NCBI RefSeq assembly: GCF_001194135.2
Contig: NC_068994.1
Span: 41,566,065-41,599,218, forward strand
From: Octopus bimaculoides
Lineage: Eukaryota
DNA: 33,154 bases
Reading direction: 5' to 3'
In this document: positions 11,388 through 22,429 of the stretch, in pieces
Numbering within the stretch: position 1 is the stretch's first letter
Layout of the letters: each line of letters starts with the position of its first letter
Position numbers and translations under genes: made by a program
The notes under the pieces: model-generated
Told to the model about the DNA's origin: nothing
What the model saw: the letters and a program-made list of their open reading frames with translations, nothing else
The model's database searches: none

Positions 11388-11585
11388 TACAGATGGATAG
11401 CGGAAATAGTCATAAAACTTGGTTTAGTGCAACTCCAAGACACAATATTATTGGAAACAGTATAATTAGGAAGTTTCTTGGTATTTAAGGGTACTTGTTG
11501 CAGCCTGATGCTAGAAATTTTTCTTTTCCAACAGTCTGATATGTTGTGTGTATAAGAAATAATAATAATAATGATAATAATAATA
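11388..11585 (+). mobile_element. R4/Dong-type (RLE) non-LTR retrotransposon, extreme 3' end with (TAA)n tail
   Basis: QLQDTILLET/(frameshift)/IIRKFLGI* (compare QKxxLLGTAxILRKxL), a short 3' UTR, and TAA repeats on both sides. Confidence 0.7.
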
Positions 11586-11799
11586 AATGTTTCAATTGTA
11601 TTTTGAAGTGGGGGCACTTAAACTGTGTTGAAAACAGCAATTATTAAAGCTTTCATATCTTTCTTGATACGGTTGCTATTGAAAATTACAATAAAAACGT
11701 CAACTAAGAAGGTTCAGAAATATAAACTGTTTTGATGCTCTGTCTGATCTATACCAGTAGCTAAGTTTATTTATTATAAACTGTGTACATTACAGTGTC

Positions 11800-12410
11800 T
11801 TCTTATTGTGTGTGTGTGTGTGTGTGTGCACGCATGCACGCGTGTGTGTTTGAATGTGTGTGCGTGTGTGTGTATATGTGTCTGCATGTATGAAGACCCA
11901 CAGAAGCAGAAACATGCATATGTTTGTGTGTGTGTGTGTGTGTGTGTATGTGTGTGTGTATGTGTGTGCATGCATTTGTGCTTGTGTGTCTTCATACATG
12001 CACGTGCGTGCAAACATTCACACACACACATATGTATGGACATAAACATAAACACATATACACATAAACACATATATACATAAACACAACTATATTGTGT
12101 GTGTGTGTGCGTGTGTGTGTGTGTGTGTGTCTGTGTCTGTGTGTATGTGCGTGCGTGTGTGTGTGTGTATATGTGTGTGTGCATGTGAGCTCTATGTTTG
12201 TGCATGTGTGTGTATGTGTTTGCGCATTTGTGTTTTTGTATATGTCTTATATGTTTGCATGTGTATGTGTGCTATGTGTTTGTGCACATGCGTTACGTGT
12301 TTGTGTGTCTATGTATGTATTAGTAAATATATATAAATGTGTGTGTCTATGTATAAGCATATGCATGCATGTAATGCACATACATATTCATATTGCTGCA
12401 CATGTGCACA
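11800..12410. repeat. Long degenerate (TG/TA) microsatellite region
   Basis: Direct inspection; source of spurious CV/HT-repeat ORFs. Confidence 0.95.
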
Positions 12411-12696
12411 CCACTCCCATACGAAGTAATTAAATAGAAAGGGTTATTATTTGAAGCCTCTCAGTGACTGTCATTTACAGATCAGAATTTAAGGAGAGTG
12501 GCGAACACAAAAACTAATATGATGGATACTGACTGACTTGGTCAACAGATTCCCTTCACAACAAAACCCCTTAGTTAAACACAGTTGTTATGATTCTGTG
12601 ATATTACAAATACATTTAAGAGCATCTTCCGATGTTGGCTTGGATATCAGCCATGGCTCTTAATAGAAGACACATCATCAGTATAAATATTATATA

Positions 12697-12743
<47 letters not shown>

Positions 12744-12809
12744 GATATATAATCACTGAAAACCCAGAAATAATACTAATACTACTACTACTACTAATAA
12801 TAATAATAA

Positions 12810-13368
12810 TCTGCCCTGATGCAATACCAGGCAGTGGCTCACATGGCTTCTGATCTTAACTGATTGGAAGTGTTATCATGTACGTTGTTTTGTCTTGGTA
12901 TAAAAGATGGGCTACAGCAAATATTCTGCTCAAATACCACAGATTTGCTTGTCAGTTGTTTGACCGTAACCAGTTGAGCATGTCCCTAGGTGGCTGACGA
13001 TATGTGCATCTCTGATCATGAGCAGAAGTAGTTGGGGAGCACCATAGCCATGTATTGAGAGGAATTCTTTGGGATTTGGATAATTCACCTTTGGAAACAT
13101 GGGTGTTTCGTTCAACTTCTTTAAACAACCCTTATTTAGGGACCTTTTGAGCAGGATGGGCTACTTGACCTGAAGAAAATTCTAACTGGGCCTCACCTGC
13201 AAGGTCATGCGCTGTGTATTTTGATATGAGATCACCATGTCACGCACATATGCTTCTGATGCATGTGGCTGGTGTACTCTTATCAGATGGGTAGTCATGA
13301 TGGGTATACTGGGCTTTGAATATTTTACCCCAGTGTCACTTTGATGGCATGCACTGCTCTCTCACTCG
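12810..13368. repeat. ~560-bp interspersed repeat flanked by (TAA)n; inverted partial copy at ~29709-29845
   Basis: 12944-13082 (accagttgagcatgtccc...tgcatctctgatcatgagcagaagtag) matches the reverse complement of 29709-29845. Confidence 0.75.
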
Positions 13369-13414
<46 letters not shown>

Positions 13415-13416
13415 TT

Positions 13417-13730
13417 GATAAATATGGAGAGCTGAGAATTATGATCACCAAGATGTGGCGGTTATGAGAGTCAAACATAAAGGTTGTCCCTGTTGTCATT
13501 GGAGCATTGGGTTCAATACCAGCCAACCTGAAGAAACATCTAGAAACTATAGAAATACCTAACAATCTATGTATCTTGCAAGAAATCAGCTTTACATGGA
13601 ACTGCACATGTATTGCATAAAAATACTGTCGGTCCTTGTTGCAACTTGACAGACAGTACAAACCACTGATAGACATAATATCTTCAATCCACAACATCAC
13701 TATATTGGATACTGTGCAATGTCTTTAACA
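13417..13730 (+). mobile_element. R4/Dong-type (RLE) non-LTR retrotransposon 3' fragment
   Basis: DKYGELRIMITKMWRL*ESNIKVVPVVIGALGSIPANLKKHLETIEIP, then after a frameshift KSALHGTAHVLHK. This matches the RLE C-terminal motif KY-x-L...W...V-x-P-x-VIGALG...LQK-x-ALLGTA. Starts directly after a (TAA)n run. Confidence 0.85.
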
Positions 13731-13754
13731 ACAACAACAACAACAGCAATAATA

Positions 13755-13972
13755 ATGATCAAAGTTTCATATTTGGGATATGGCCAGCTATTCTGGGGGA
13801 AGGGCTAAGTTGATTGCATTGACCCAGTTTTTAACTGGTACATAATTTATTGACCCCCAAAAGGATGAAAGGCAAAGTTGACTTTGGCAGAATTTGAATC
13901 GATGATGTAAAGACAGACAAAATGCCACTAAACATTTTCGCCTAGTGTGCTAACGATTCTGTTGGCTCACCA
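13755..13972 (-). mobile_element. Family A SINE
   Basis: Core ctggtacataatttattgacccccaaaaggatgaaaggcaaagttgac and head gtgtgctaacgattctgttggctcacc. Confidence 0.8.
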
Positions 13973-14005
13973 ATAATTATAATAATTATAATTAATGTAT
14001 CAATC

Positions 14006-14276
14006 CCATCAGATGACTATATGTCTTTAAAAGAATTGGAAAAACACTCGAAAGTCAAAGATCTGGAAATAGAGGTAACTTGAATGTGAAGCCTAAAAAC
14101 AGAAACAATACCTATAATGATAGCTGCATAAGGTAAGATTAAAAAGTATCCAGACATATCCAAAACACTGAGACTTGTGAATATATGTAACATACAGAAA
14201 ATATCACTGCTAGGCACTGCATACATTCTATGTAAAGCACTTTCATTACAATGAAAATAACACCAAAGCAAACCAC

Positions 14277-14280
<4 letters not shown>
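14006..14280 (+). mobile_element. R4/Dong-type (RLE) non-LTR retrotransposon 3' fragment, different subfamily
   Basis: 83 codons in frame with 3 internal stops: PSDDYMSLKELEKHSKVKDLEIEVT*M*SLKTETIPIMIAA*GKIKKYPDISKTLRLVNICNIQKISLLGTAYILCKALSLQ*. Confidence 0.85.
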
Positions 14281-14358
<78 letters not shown>

Positions 14359-14750
14359 ATAATTAAGGGATCAGCAAATAGTTGCTTCACCACATACCGA
14401 AGTTCAGAAATAGCAGCTAAAAAGCTGAGACTCCAACAGATAGCATTACTTGTAACTCACAAAGGCAAAACAAGAAGAAAAACAATGAAAACTAACCAGT
14501 CGAAGTTAATCATGTTTATAAATGTATAAGAACTTTTAAATAAGTTCTCCACCGATAATGGTGTTTACATACCGAAGGGCTTGGTAAAATTATTAATTGT
14601 TAATTTATTAATAAATTAATAAATTGATAAACCTTTACCCTTTTAATTGTAATATATATATATATATATATTTATATAGATAGGGTGATAAATTGAATAT
14701 TAATTCAATTTAAAACCAAGTGGCCTAGCATATAAAAAATCTGAAAATTC

Positions 14751-14952
14751 AGAAAAAATTGTATTACATGTGTACAAGGGATGGCCACTAGGTGGACATC
14801 CAATATGCTAGAAAGAGGTCATCAATGACCCAACCACAAAGAAAAATAATGTTCTCCAGAAAAATGTGGTTGGGTCGTTGATGACCTCTTTCTAGCATAT
14901 TGGATGTTCACCTAGTGGTCATCCCTTATACACATGTAATACAATTTTTTCT
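14751..14952. repeat. Long inverted repeat: 88-bp arms (14751-14838 and 14865-14952), 26-nt loop, 4 mismatches
   Basis: Direct base-by-base comparison of the arms. Confidence 0.95.
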
Positions 14953-15380
14953 GTAATACAATTTTTTCATGTAATACAATTTCATCCCTTATACACATAA
15001 ATACAGGAAAAACAAAAGAGTTTTGGTTAAGGATAGGGTTTTAATTTGTGTTGTTTGCATGAACAAAAGCGAGACATGTGGTGCTGAAGAATAAAATTTT
15101 TTTTTTAATATTGTGTGTGTGGTCATGTGTGTATAAAATTAACCATGAATCATAAGTAGTAACCAAAGTTGAAGCATTAAAAATTATTTAGACACTCATA
15201 AATACACACACGCATTTACGTTCACGCGCTAATGAAAACATTGCTAACTATTGATTCAAGGGAAGTAACTCTTCTTTCAACATCTGACATGAGTACAAAA
15301 CTGGTTATAAATTAGGTACAAGTGACTCTTTACTGAATAATAATGATTAATGATGTTTTGCTGTATTATATATATATATT

Positions 15381-15590
15381 CAGGAACAGACATAGTTATG
15401 TGGTTAAAAAAGCTCCCTTTGCAGACGTGGTTTTAGGTTCAGTGCCACAGAGCAAATTCCGCCGACGTCGACTTTGCCTTTCATCCTTTCGGAGTCGATA
15501 AATTAAGTACCAGTAGCATACTGGATCGATCTAATCGACTGGCCCCTGCACAAAAATTTTGGGCCTTGTGCCTTGAGTAGAAAAGAATAA
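15381..15590 (+). mobile_element. Chimeric SINE: family B head (15381-15453) joined to family A core and tail
   Basis: tgtggttaaaaaagctccc...ggttcagtgccac is followed directly by caaattccgccgacgtcgactttgcctttcatcctttcggagtcg. Confidence 0.7.
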
Positions 15591-15937
15591 TTTATTTGAA
15601 ATTTAATTGTAATTGAAATCTAATTTGAAAGTGTTGCCCGTCAAACCAAAAAGATCCAAATAATTTAATGGACTCGCCTCACTGAAACCAGTTATTCCTC
15701 ATTTTGAATTTTGATAATCCCTTCCGTTTTAATTTAATCTGAATAAGATATATAGTTATAGGCACAGACATGGGGATTAAGAAGTTTATCTTCACAAACA
15801 TGGTGTACTTATAGGTTTATACTACATCGTTGTTTCTTGAGCAAAAATGTTTTCAAAAGATAAACCTTGTTTTTGGTTGGTCAATATACTTTGAGTGGAA
15901 TTTGGTCACATAACGGGCCACAAGCCTTCATTGGGAG

Positions 15938-15977
<40 letters not shown>

Positions 15978-16155
15978 TGTATGTAGACGTATGTGTGTGT
16001 ATACATACATATACACCCGCATATGTATATATATACATATGTACGTCTGTATGTATGTATGTATATATACATACATACATACATACACTCACACACGTGT
16101 ATTTATGCACACGTATGTGTGTGTGTGTGTGTGTGTATGTATCTACATAATCCAC

Positions 16156-16192
<37 letters not shown>

Positions 16193-17064
16193 AATGTACG
16201 TCTGTATGTATGTATGTATACACACACATATGTAATGTGTATCTATGATGTTATGTGTCTACGTATGTATATTGATGGGGAATGAACTAAAATCGACGTG
16301 TCGTGGTAAATAAATTGTATTTAGGTTTAACTGAGAGTTATCTCCCTTCACACCAAATTTGTTTAGCTTTTTATTATTTACGAGATATATTCAGGCTATG
16401 TCGATTGAAGTCGATATAGTTACGCAGAGCTCTTGAAGGCTGTGCTCCAGTACTGTTACAGTCAATTAGTAGATGAATAATGGAGTAAATGAAGAGCATA
16501 TGATATGTGTGTTCTTTAATAGAATAGTGACACTTTATAAAAGCCAAAATGCAGATGGTACTATTATGTACTATAACGTCCATTTTTTTGCACTAGGTTC
16601 AATTCCTGAATGGATCAAATTTTATCTTTCTTTCTCTGAGGGTCGATAAAATAAAATGCTAGACAAGTACTAGGGTCAATGTTGTCAACTAATCCCTTCC
16701 CTTCGAAAAATAATGTGTTCGTGACTAAATCAGAAACCTGTGTTCAAAAGTTTTCTAGCCATTTAAAAGAACCATATTTAGTGTGTTCTCTTTAGTTTAA
16801 GATGGTAGAGTTTTATATAAGGGAGATTTAGTAGCTATTTCTATCAGCCTGAATAACGAAGTCAAAGCAGTATTTGTCAAGTTAATTTGTCTCACCGTTT
16901 TTAATTGGTGTATCAATGTCAAGGAAGGTTCTTGCTGAAAAACAGGGATTAATCTCTTAGTCTTCTGCATCTGAAACAGAGTAAAAATAATCAGACTTAA
17001 TTAGTATGCTTTATTTTATCATATTTTATATAAATATGTACACTCACAAACACACATGCATCAG

Positions 17065-17103
<39 letters not shown>

Positions 17104-17717
17104 NNNNNNNNNNNNNNNNNNNNNNNNNNNNNNNNNNNNNNNNNNNNNNNNNNNNNNNNNNNNNNNNNNNNNNNNNNNNNNNNNNNNNNNNNNNNNNNNN
17201 NNNNNNNNNNNNNNNNNNNNNNNNNNNNNNNNNNNNNNNNNNNNNNNNNNNNNNNNNNNNNNNNNNNNNNNNNNNNNNNNNNNNNNNNNNNNNNNNNNNN
17301 NNNNNNNNNNNNNNNNNNNNNNNNNNNNNNNNNNNNNNNNNNNNNNNNNNNNNNNNNNNNNNNNNNNNNNNNNNNNNNNNNNNNNNNNNNNNNNNNNNNN
17401 NNNNNNNNNNNNNNNNNNNNNNNNNNNNNNNNNNNNNAAAAAAAGAAATCCCGAAGTTATTCCATGTTAAAGTTGTCGTATTTCTGTAATTTCAACCAAT
17501 CACTGACGTCCATTCAGCCGATATACATCAAGTGCCGACTACATAAACAAACGATTCTGAAACAATTCTATCGGTGATAGGGTTAGGGTTAAACAGCAAA
17601 TTTAAAAAGAAAAAAGCAAATAAAACGAAGCTATGGCTTGAAGTTTGAAAGTCTTTCGGTACCAAAAATACTACGTAAAACATTAATGAAAAATGTGGCC
17701 CCCGTTTTAAAAAAGAT

Positions 17718-17803
17718 CCGAATTTGCACTCAGAACATAACGGCAGACGAAATACCAATAGGCATTTTGACCGGCGTGCTAACAAATCTGCCAGCTCGCC
17801 GCC
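17718..17803 (-). mobile_element. Family A SINE, head fragment
   Basis: cgaatttgcactcagaacataacggcagacgaaatacc...cgtgctaacaaatctgccagctcgccgcc. Confidence 0.8.
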
Positions 17804-18329
17804 CTTACATTTATTATATTTATATATAATAATGTAAGTAGGTTTGTTTTTGGGTTTTCATGTGTGCATGTATGTATAATGAAGTAAAAGCTAACTCACT
17901 TAATATGGTAACCGTAATTAATTAACAGAGACTATACTTGTATGGAACGGAGAGACGATGAATAACACTGAACATAAATAAATAAATAAGGGGTGACAAC
18001 TCGATATCATATAGTAAAAATATTTTTTTAAATGCATTTACACACGAGTGATCTAATTATTAGAAAAGAAAGATTTAATTGGAAATATTTAATGTTGTGA
18101 GGAAGAGAAAGGTAGTCTCACCTTTGGCAGACGCATGGATAACTTTAGAGAAGTTGCAGTATTATGGGTCCGCATTAGCAAAACATAGTTATTCATATGT
18201 TTTCCAACAAATCAAAGGAGACAGAAGAATATATATGTATACACGTACATATATAGACACATGTCTGTGAAGAACGCATGTATGTACATAGGGATGCAGC
18301 TATGTTGTTGGATAAGAAGACAGGTATGT

Positions 18330-18366
<37 letters not shown>

Positions 18367-18439
18367 CATGTGTGTGTGTGTGTGCATATATTAATATTTG
18401 TTTCTATGTTATAGTTAAAACAATTCTTATTAGATTACA

Positions 18440-18830
18440 AATGTATTATTCGTTAGCAAGAAGAGTATTGATAGTGACTTTGAAGCATTCGACCAGCTAA
18501 GCTATCGTGTGTGTATGTGTGTGCCTGTTAGTGTCTCGTTGTGTTTCTTGAAACTTTTGTGTAATGACAATGTTGCTTCAATAAACCCTTGCACACCCGC
18601 ACAAAAATTACTGCTAAATATCCAGTCTGACTCGATAGTCTCCCCTTATCCATAGCCACTTTATATTTACTATTGGCACATGACGACACTTAGCCCAATC
18701 TCCGTATTGTTTACAGCTACTCTCACTTGCACACCCGCACGAGTCTGCCTCGATGATCTCCCCTTACACATAGTAATCTTACGCTGTCGTCTGCAAACTT
18801 ATTTTCTTCTCGTTTATGTCTCATCAAAGA
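18440..18830 (-). promoter_or_regulatory. Candidate CpG-enriched promoter/regulatory region (possibly for Pcdh)
   Basis: About 14 CpGs in ~380 bp by hand count. On the minus strand: inverted CCAAT at 18699-18695, CCAAT at 18676-18672, TATAAA at 18665-18660, plus a duplicated ~47-bp module. No transcript evidence. Confidence 0.35.
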
Positions 18831-19289
18831 GATCCACTTATAAAAGATATAATTACTGCTGCATAGTGAAATTAATTGAGTAGAATCTATGAACAAAATC
18901 ATGTTGTTGTTGTTATCTAACTCTAGGTTTGGTTGATTTCACGCAGTCTCTAGTTAAAAGCTTTACAACTGTGACCATCCCAAATTATAATGAACCATAG
19001 TGTTTTCAAGAACAAATTATCAAATGTAACCTTCAATCTTATGTATAGTGTTTATAATAGTCGGGATTGTTGCTTACACTGCGTTTTGGCTGTTGTATGC
19101 TCCAGCCTTCTAATGCAGTGCAGTCACCCAAAGGTTTTGTGTTTATTACTAAGCAAGGCATTAAAGTGAACCACAAAAAAATCATCTGAAGCAAGAAAAA
19201 AAAAATGTCATATAATGCAATGAGTGAAATGAGAACAGTTGTATCCCATGAATCAAGGAAAAGGTTAGGTTCAAAATTCTAACCAATCA

Positions 19290-19385
19290 AGTTCAACACA
19301 AGACACCTGAAGAAGGCTGGAGTATGCAACAGCCAAACACAGTGCAAGTAATAATCAAGGTGAGGACACCATCCAACTTATATAA
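19290..19385 (+). mobile_element. Penelope-like terminal fragment with decayed hammerhead motif; inverted partner at 19073-19110
   Basis: gacac-CTGAAGA-A-GGCTG(loop)CAGCC-AAA; the ~38-bp reverse complement of this segment occurs at 19073-19110. Confidence 0.55.
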
Positions 19386-20327
19386 AGAGTATATATAATA
19401 TGAATTCCTCTTCTCAGAAATGTAGAATTACTTTACTTCTTGTTTTTTTTCTTTTTGTTTTGTTTCAGCTTATGTTGTATTGATATGAGTTGTTGATGTT
19501 GTTATTGTAGAGTTCTTCCATTCTTTGTTATGCATTATTTATTCACAGGTCTGCCTGACTGGCTCTTGTGCTGGTGGCACATGAAAAGCACCATCCAAAC
19601 GTGGCCAATGACAGTGCCCCCAAACTGGTTCTATCTTCGCCATGTTTGCCTATGTCAAGGCAAATTCATTGCCATTGGTTTTTTATGGCAGGACATTCTT
19701 CCAGTTACCAACACTCACAAGTTTTCGAGTATTTTTCCCTAATCCAGCCATGTTTACACCAAAAGCCACAAACAAATATTATCACATGTATTTCAACTAG
19801 CATGCAACATCAACACTAGGAGACACACACACAACACATGAAAATACACTCACACACAAACATGAACACAAATACATTCCCCATTCTCTTTTTCTTTCTT
19901 TCTCTTTCTCTCCCTCTCTCTCTCTCTATATATATATATATTTATATATATATATATATATATNNNNNNNNNNNNNNNNNNNNNNNNNNNNNNNNNNNNN
20001 NNNNNNNNNNNNNNNNNNNNNNNNNNNNNNNNNNNNNNNNNNNNNNNNNNNNNNNNNNNNNNNNNNNNNNNNNNNNNNNNNNNNNNNNNNNNNNNNNNNN
20101 NNNNNNNNNNNNNNNNNNNNNNNNNNNNNNNNNNNNNNNNNNNNNNNNNNNNNNNNNNNNNNNNNNNNNNNNNNNNNNNNNNNNNNNNNNNNNNNNNNNN
20201 NNNNNNNNNNNNNNNNNNNNNNNNNNNNNNNNNNNNNNNNNNNNNNNNNNNNNNNNNNNNNNNNNNNNNNNNNNNNNNNNNNNNNNNNNNNNNNNNNNNN
20301 NNNNNNNNNNNNNNNNNNNNNATATAT

Positions 20328-20410
<83 letters not shown>

Positions 20411-20914
20411 TATATACATACATATCTATATATGAAGGCATGCTGGCAAGATGCTGCTCCTCTAAACGGAAAAACCTTAGCTGTCATAGTGGTTTTGCAC
20501 CATGAAGTAAAACAGGCGTTACTATCCACTCAAGAAAACACATAGTAGATGATCCACAAGCATGTGAGCAAGCTGATTCCTCAGCTTGTTCTATTTCCCA
20601 AACAGCTTGTAGGGCACCAGCAGGCCTCAAAGGACACATTTGTGTCTATAGAACATAATTACCTCTTTACTTCTACTGAAACTTATTTGATAATCATGAG
20701 GAGAGGATCTATCTATCTATCTATCTGTCTGTCTATCTATCTATCTATCTATCTATCTATTTATCTATCTATCTATATGTCTGTCTATGTATGCATCTAT
20801 GTATGTATCCATCCATCCATCCATCCATCTGTCCGTCCATCCATCCATTCATCAATCCATCCATCCATCTATCTAACTATATATATTTATCTAACTATAT
20901 ATATTTTTTCTCCG

Positions 20915-21063
20915 TGTTTTTCTCCTTGTCTCCGTATTCTTTCTGTTGAAGAGCGTAGCTCGAAACGTCAAAGACTTTCCGTATTCCCGAGCGTCATACT
21001 AATATATACTTTTGTTATTTACACCACCTGTCCTCGTCTGTTGTTATTATTTGTATATTCTCC
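20915..21063 (+). mobile_element. Penelope-like element terminal fragment with minimal hammerhead-like motif (20938-20974)
   Basis: TCTTT-CTGTTGA-A-GAGC(gta)GCTC-GAAA-CGT-C-AAAGA has minimal type-I hammerhead topology, which is known from PLE pseudo-LTRs. Confidence 0.55.
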
Positions 21064-21736
21064 NNNNNNNNNNNNNNNNNNNNNNNNNNNNNNNNNNNNN
21101 NNNNNNNNNNNNNNNNNNNNNNNNNNNNNNNNNNNNNNNNNNNNNNNNNNNNNNNNNNNNNNNNNNNNNNNNNNNNNNNNNNNNNNNNNNNNNNNNNNNN
21201 NNNNNNNNNNNNNNNNNNNNNNNNNNNNNNNNNNNNNNNNNNNNNNNNNNNNNNNNNNNNNNNNNNNNNNNNNNNNNNNNNNNNNNNNNNNNNNNNNNNN
21301 NNNNNNNNNNNNNNNNNNNNNNNNNNNNNNNTATATATATATATATATATATGTATGTATACATACACACACACACAAACACACACACGCACACACACAT
21401 ATACATATTTGTGTGTGTGTGTGTGTGTGTATGTGTGTGTGTGTCTGTGTATATGTGGGTATATGTGTGTTTGTGTGAGTTGTGGCTCCTTGTCTTGACA
21501 TTGCATGTCATACAGCAATGTCTATCATCTCCAGGTTTCTACAAAATCATGTCTGACCATGGGGAACTATTACCTTACTTGGAAATAGGTGAGGGTTGCA
21601 ACATGAAGGACATTTGGCTGTAGAAAATCAGTTTCATCAAATTCTGTCTGACTCATGCAAGCATAGAAAAGTGGAAGTAAAACCACAATGATGATTTAAA
21701 GGACTCTTAGATCTGTCAAATAATCTACTCATATAT

Positions 21737-22165
21737 TGGTTTCAGATTTTGGCACCAGGCCAGCAATTTTGGGGTAGAGGGTAAGTCGATTACTTCAACC
21801 CCAGTGCTCGAATTGTACTTATTTTATCAACCTTGAAAGGATGAATGACAAAGTCGATTCCCATGGAATTTGAACTCAGTGTAATGATAGACAAAATGCT
21901 GCTAAGCATTTTGCTAGCATGCTAATGTTTCTGCCAGCTCACCTATATACTGGTTTCAAATTTTGGCACAAGGCCATCAAATTTGGGGGAGGTGGTAAGT
22001 CAATTATATCCATTGCAGTACACAACTGGTACTTATTTTATAGACCCCAAAAAGATGAAATTTAAAGTCTACCTCAACAGATTTTGAACTCAGAATGTAA
22101 AGACAGATGAAATGCCACTAAGCATTTTGTTCAGCATGCTAACGATTCTGCCAGCTCACCGCCTT
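21737..22165 (-). mobile_element. Two head-to-tail family A SINEs
   Basis: Two successive copies (~21737-21945 and ~21950-22165), each with core and head. Confidence 0.85.
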
Positions 22166-22429
22166 AGGTTGGCCATATATAATTGGTGAAGAGATAAAGT
22201 TATGTAACCAATTCTGTTAGTGATTCTCAATTGGAGTGCTATTTAATTTTAAAAACAATTCTTTTTTATCTACTCCAATAAAAATATGATTTTTATATAT
22301 TTACTTATTGATTTCATGGCTAATATTTCTGTGATGACAGGGATATTATATTTTTGTTAACAACTCTAAGAAAGGGAGAAACATCTCAAGTTGATCTGCC
22401 TCACTGGCTGATCAAATAAATATTTTTTT

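Noticed and set aside
11774-12433. Multiple CV/HT-repeat ORFs (likewise 7835-8306, 15881-16248, 25151-25528, 28675-29317, 30358-30763)
   Set aside because: Translations of dinucleotide and tetranucleotide microsatellites, which lack stop codons; no coding signal.
17006-17470. Long ORFs containing X runs (also 19838-20545, 20549-21623, 27782-28391, 30770-31190, 31908-32477)
   Set aside because: Open only because they span N-gaps.
17570-17592. gatagggttagggttaaa as interstitial telomeric sequence, and nearby CCAAT + TGACGT as a promoter
   Set aside because: Only about two TTAGGG units, in a segment that looks like an interspersed repeat; not enough for either call.
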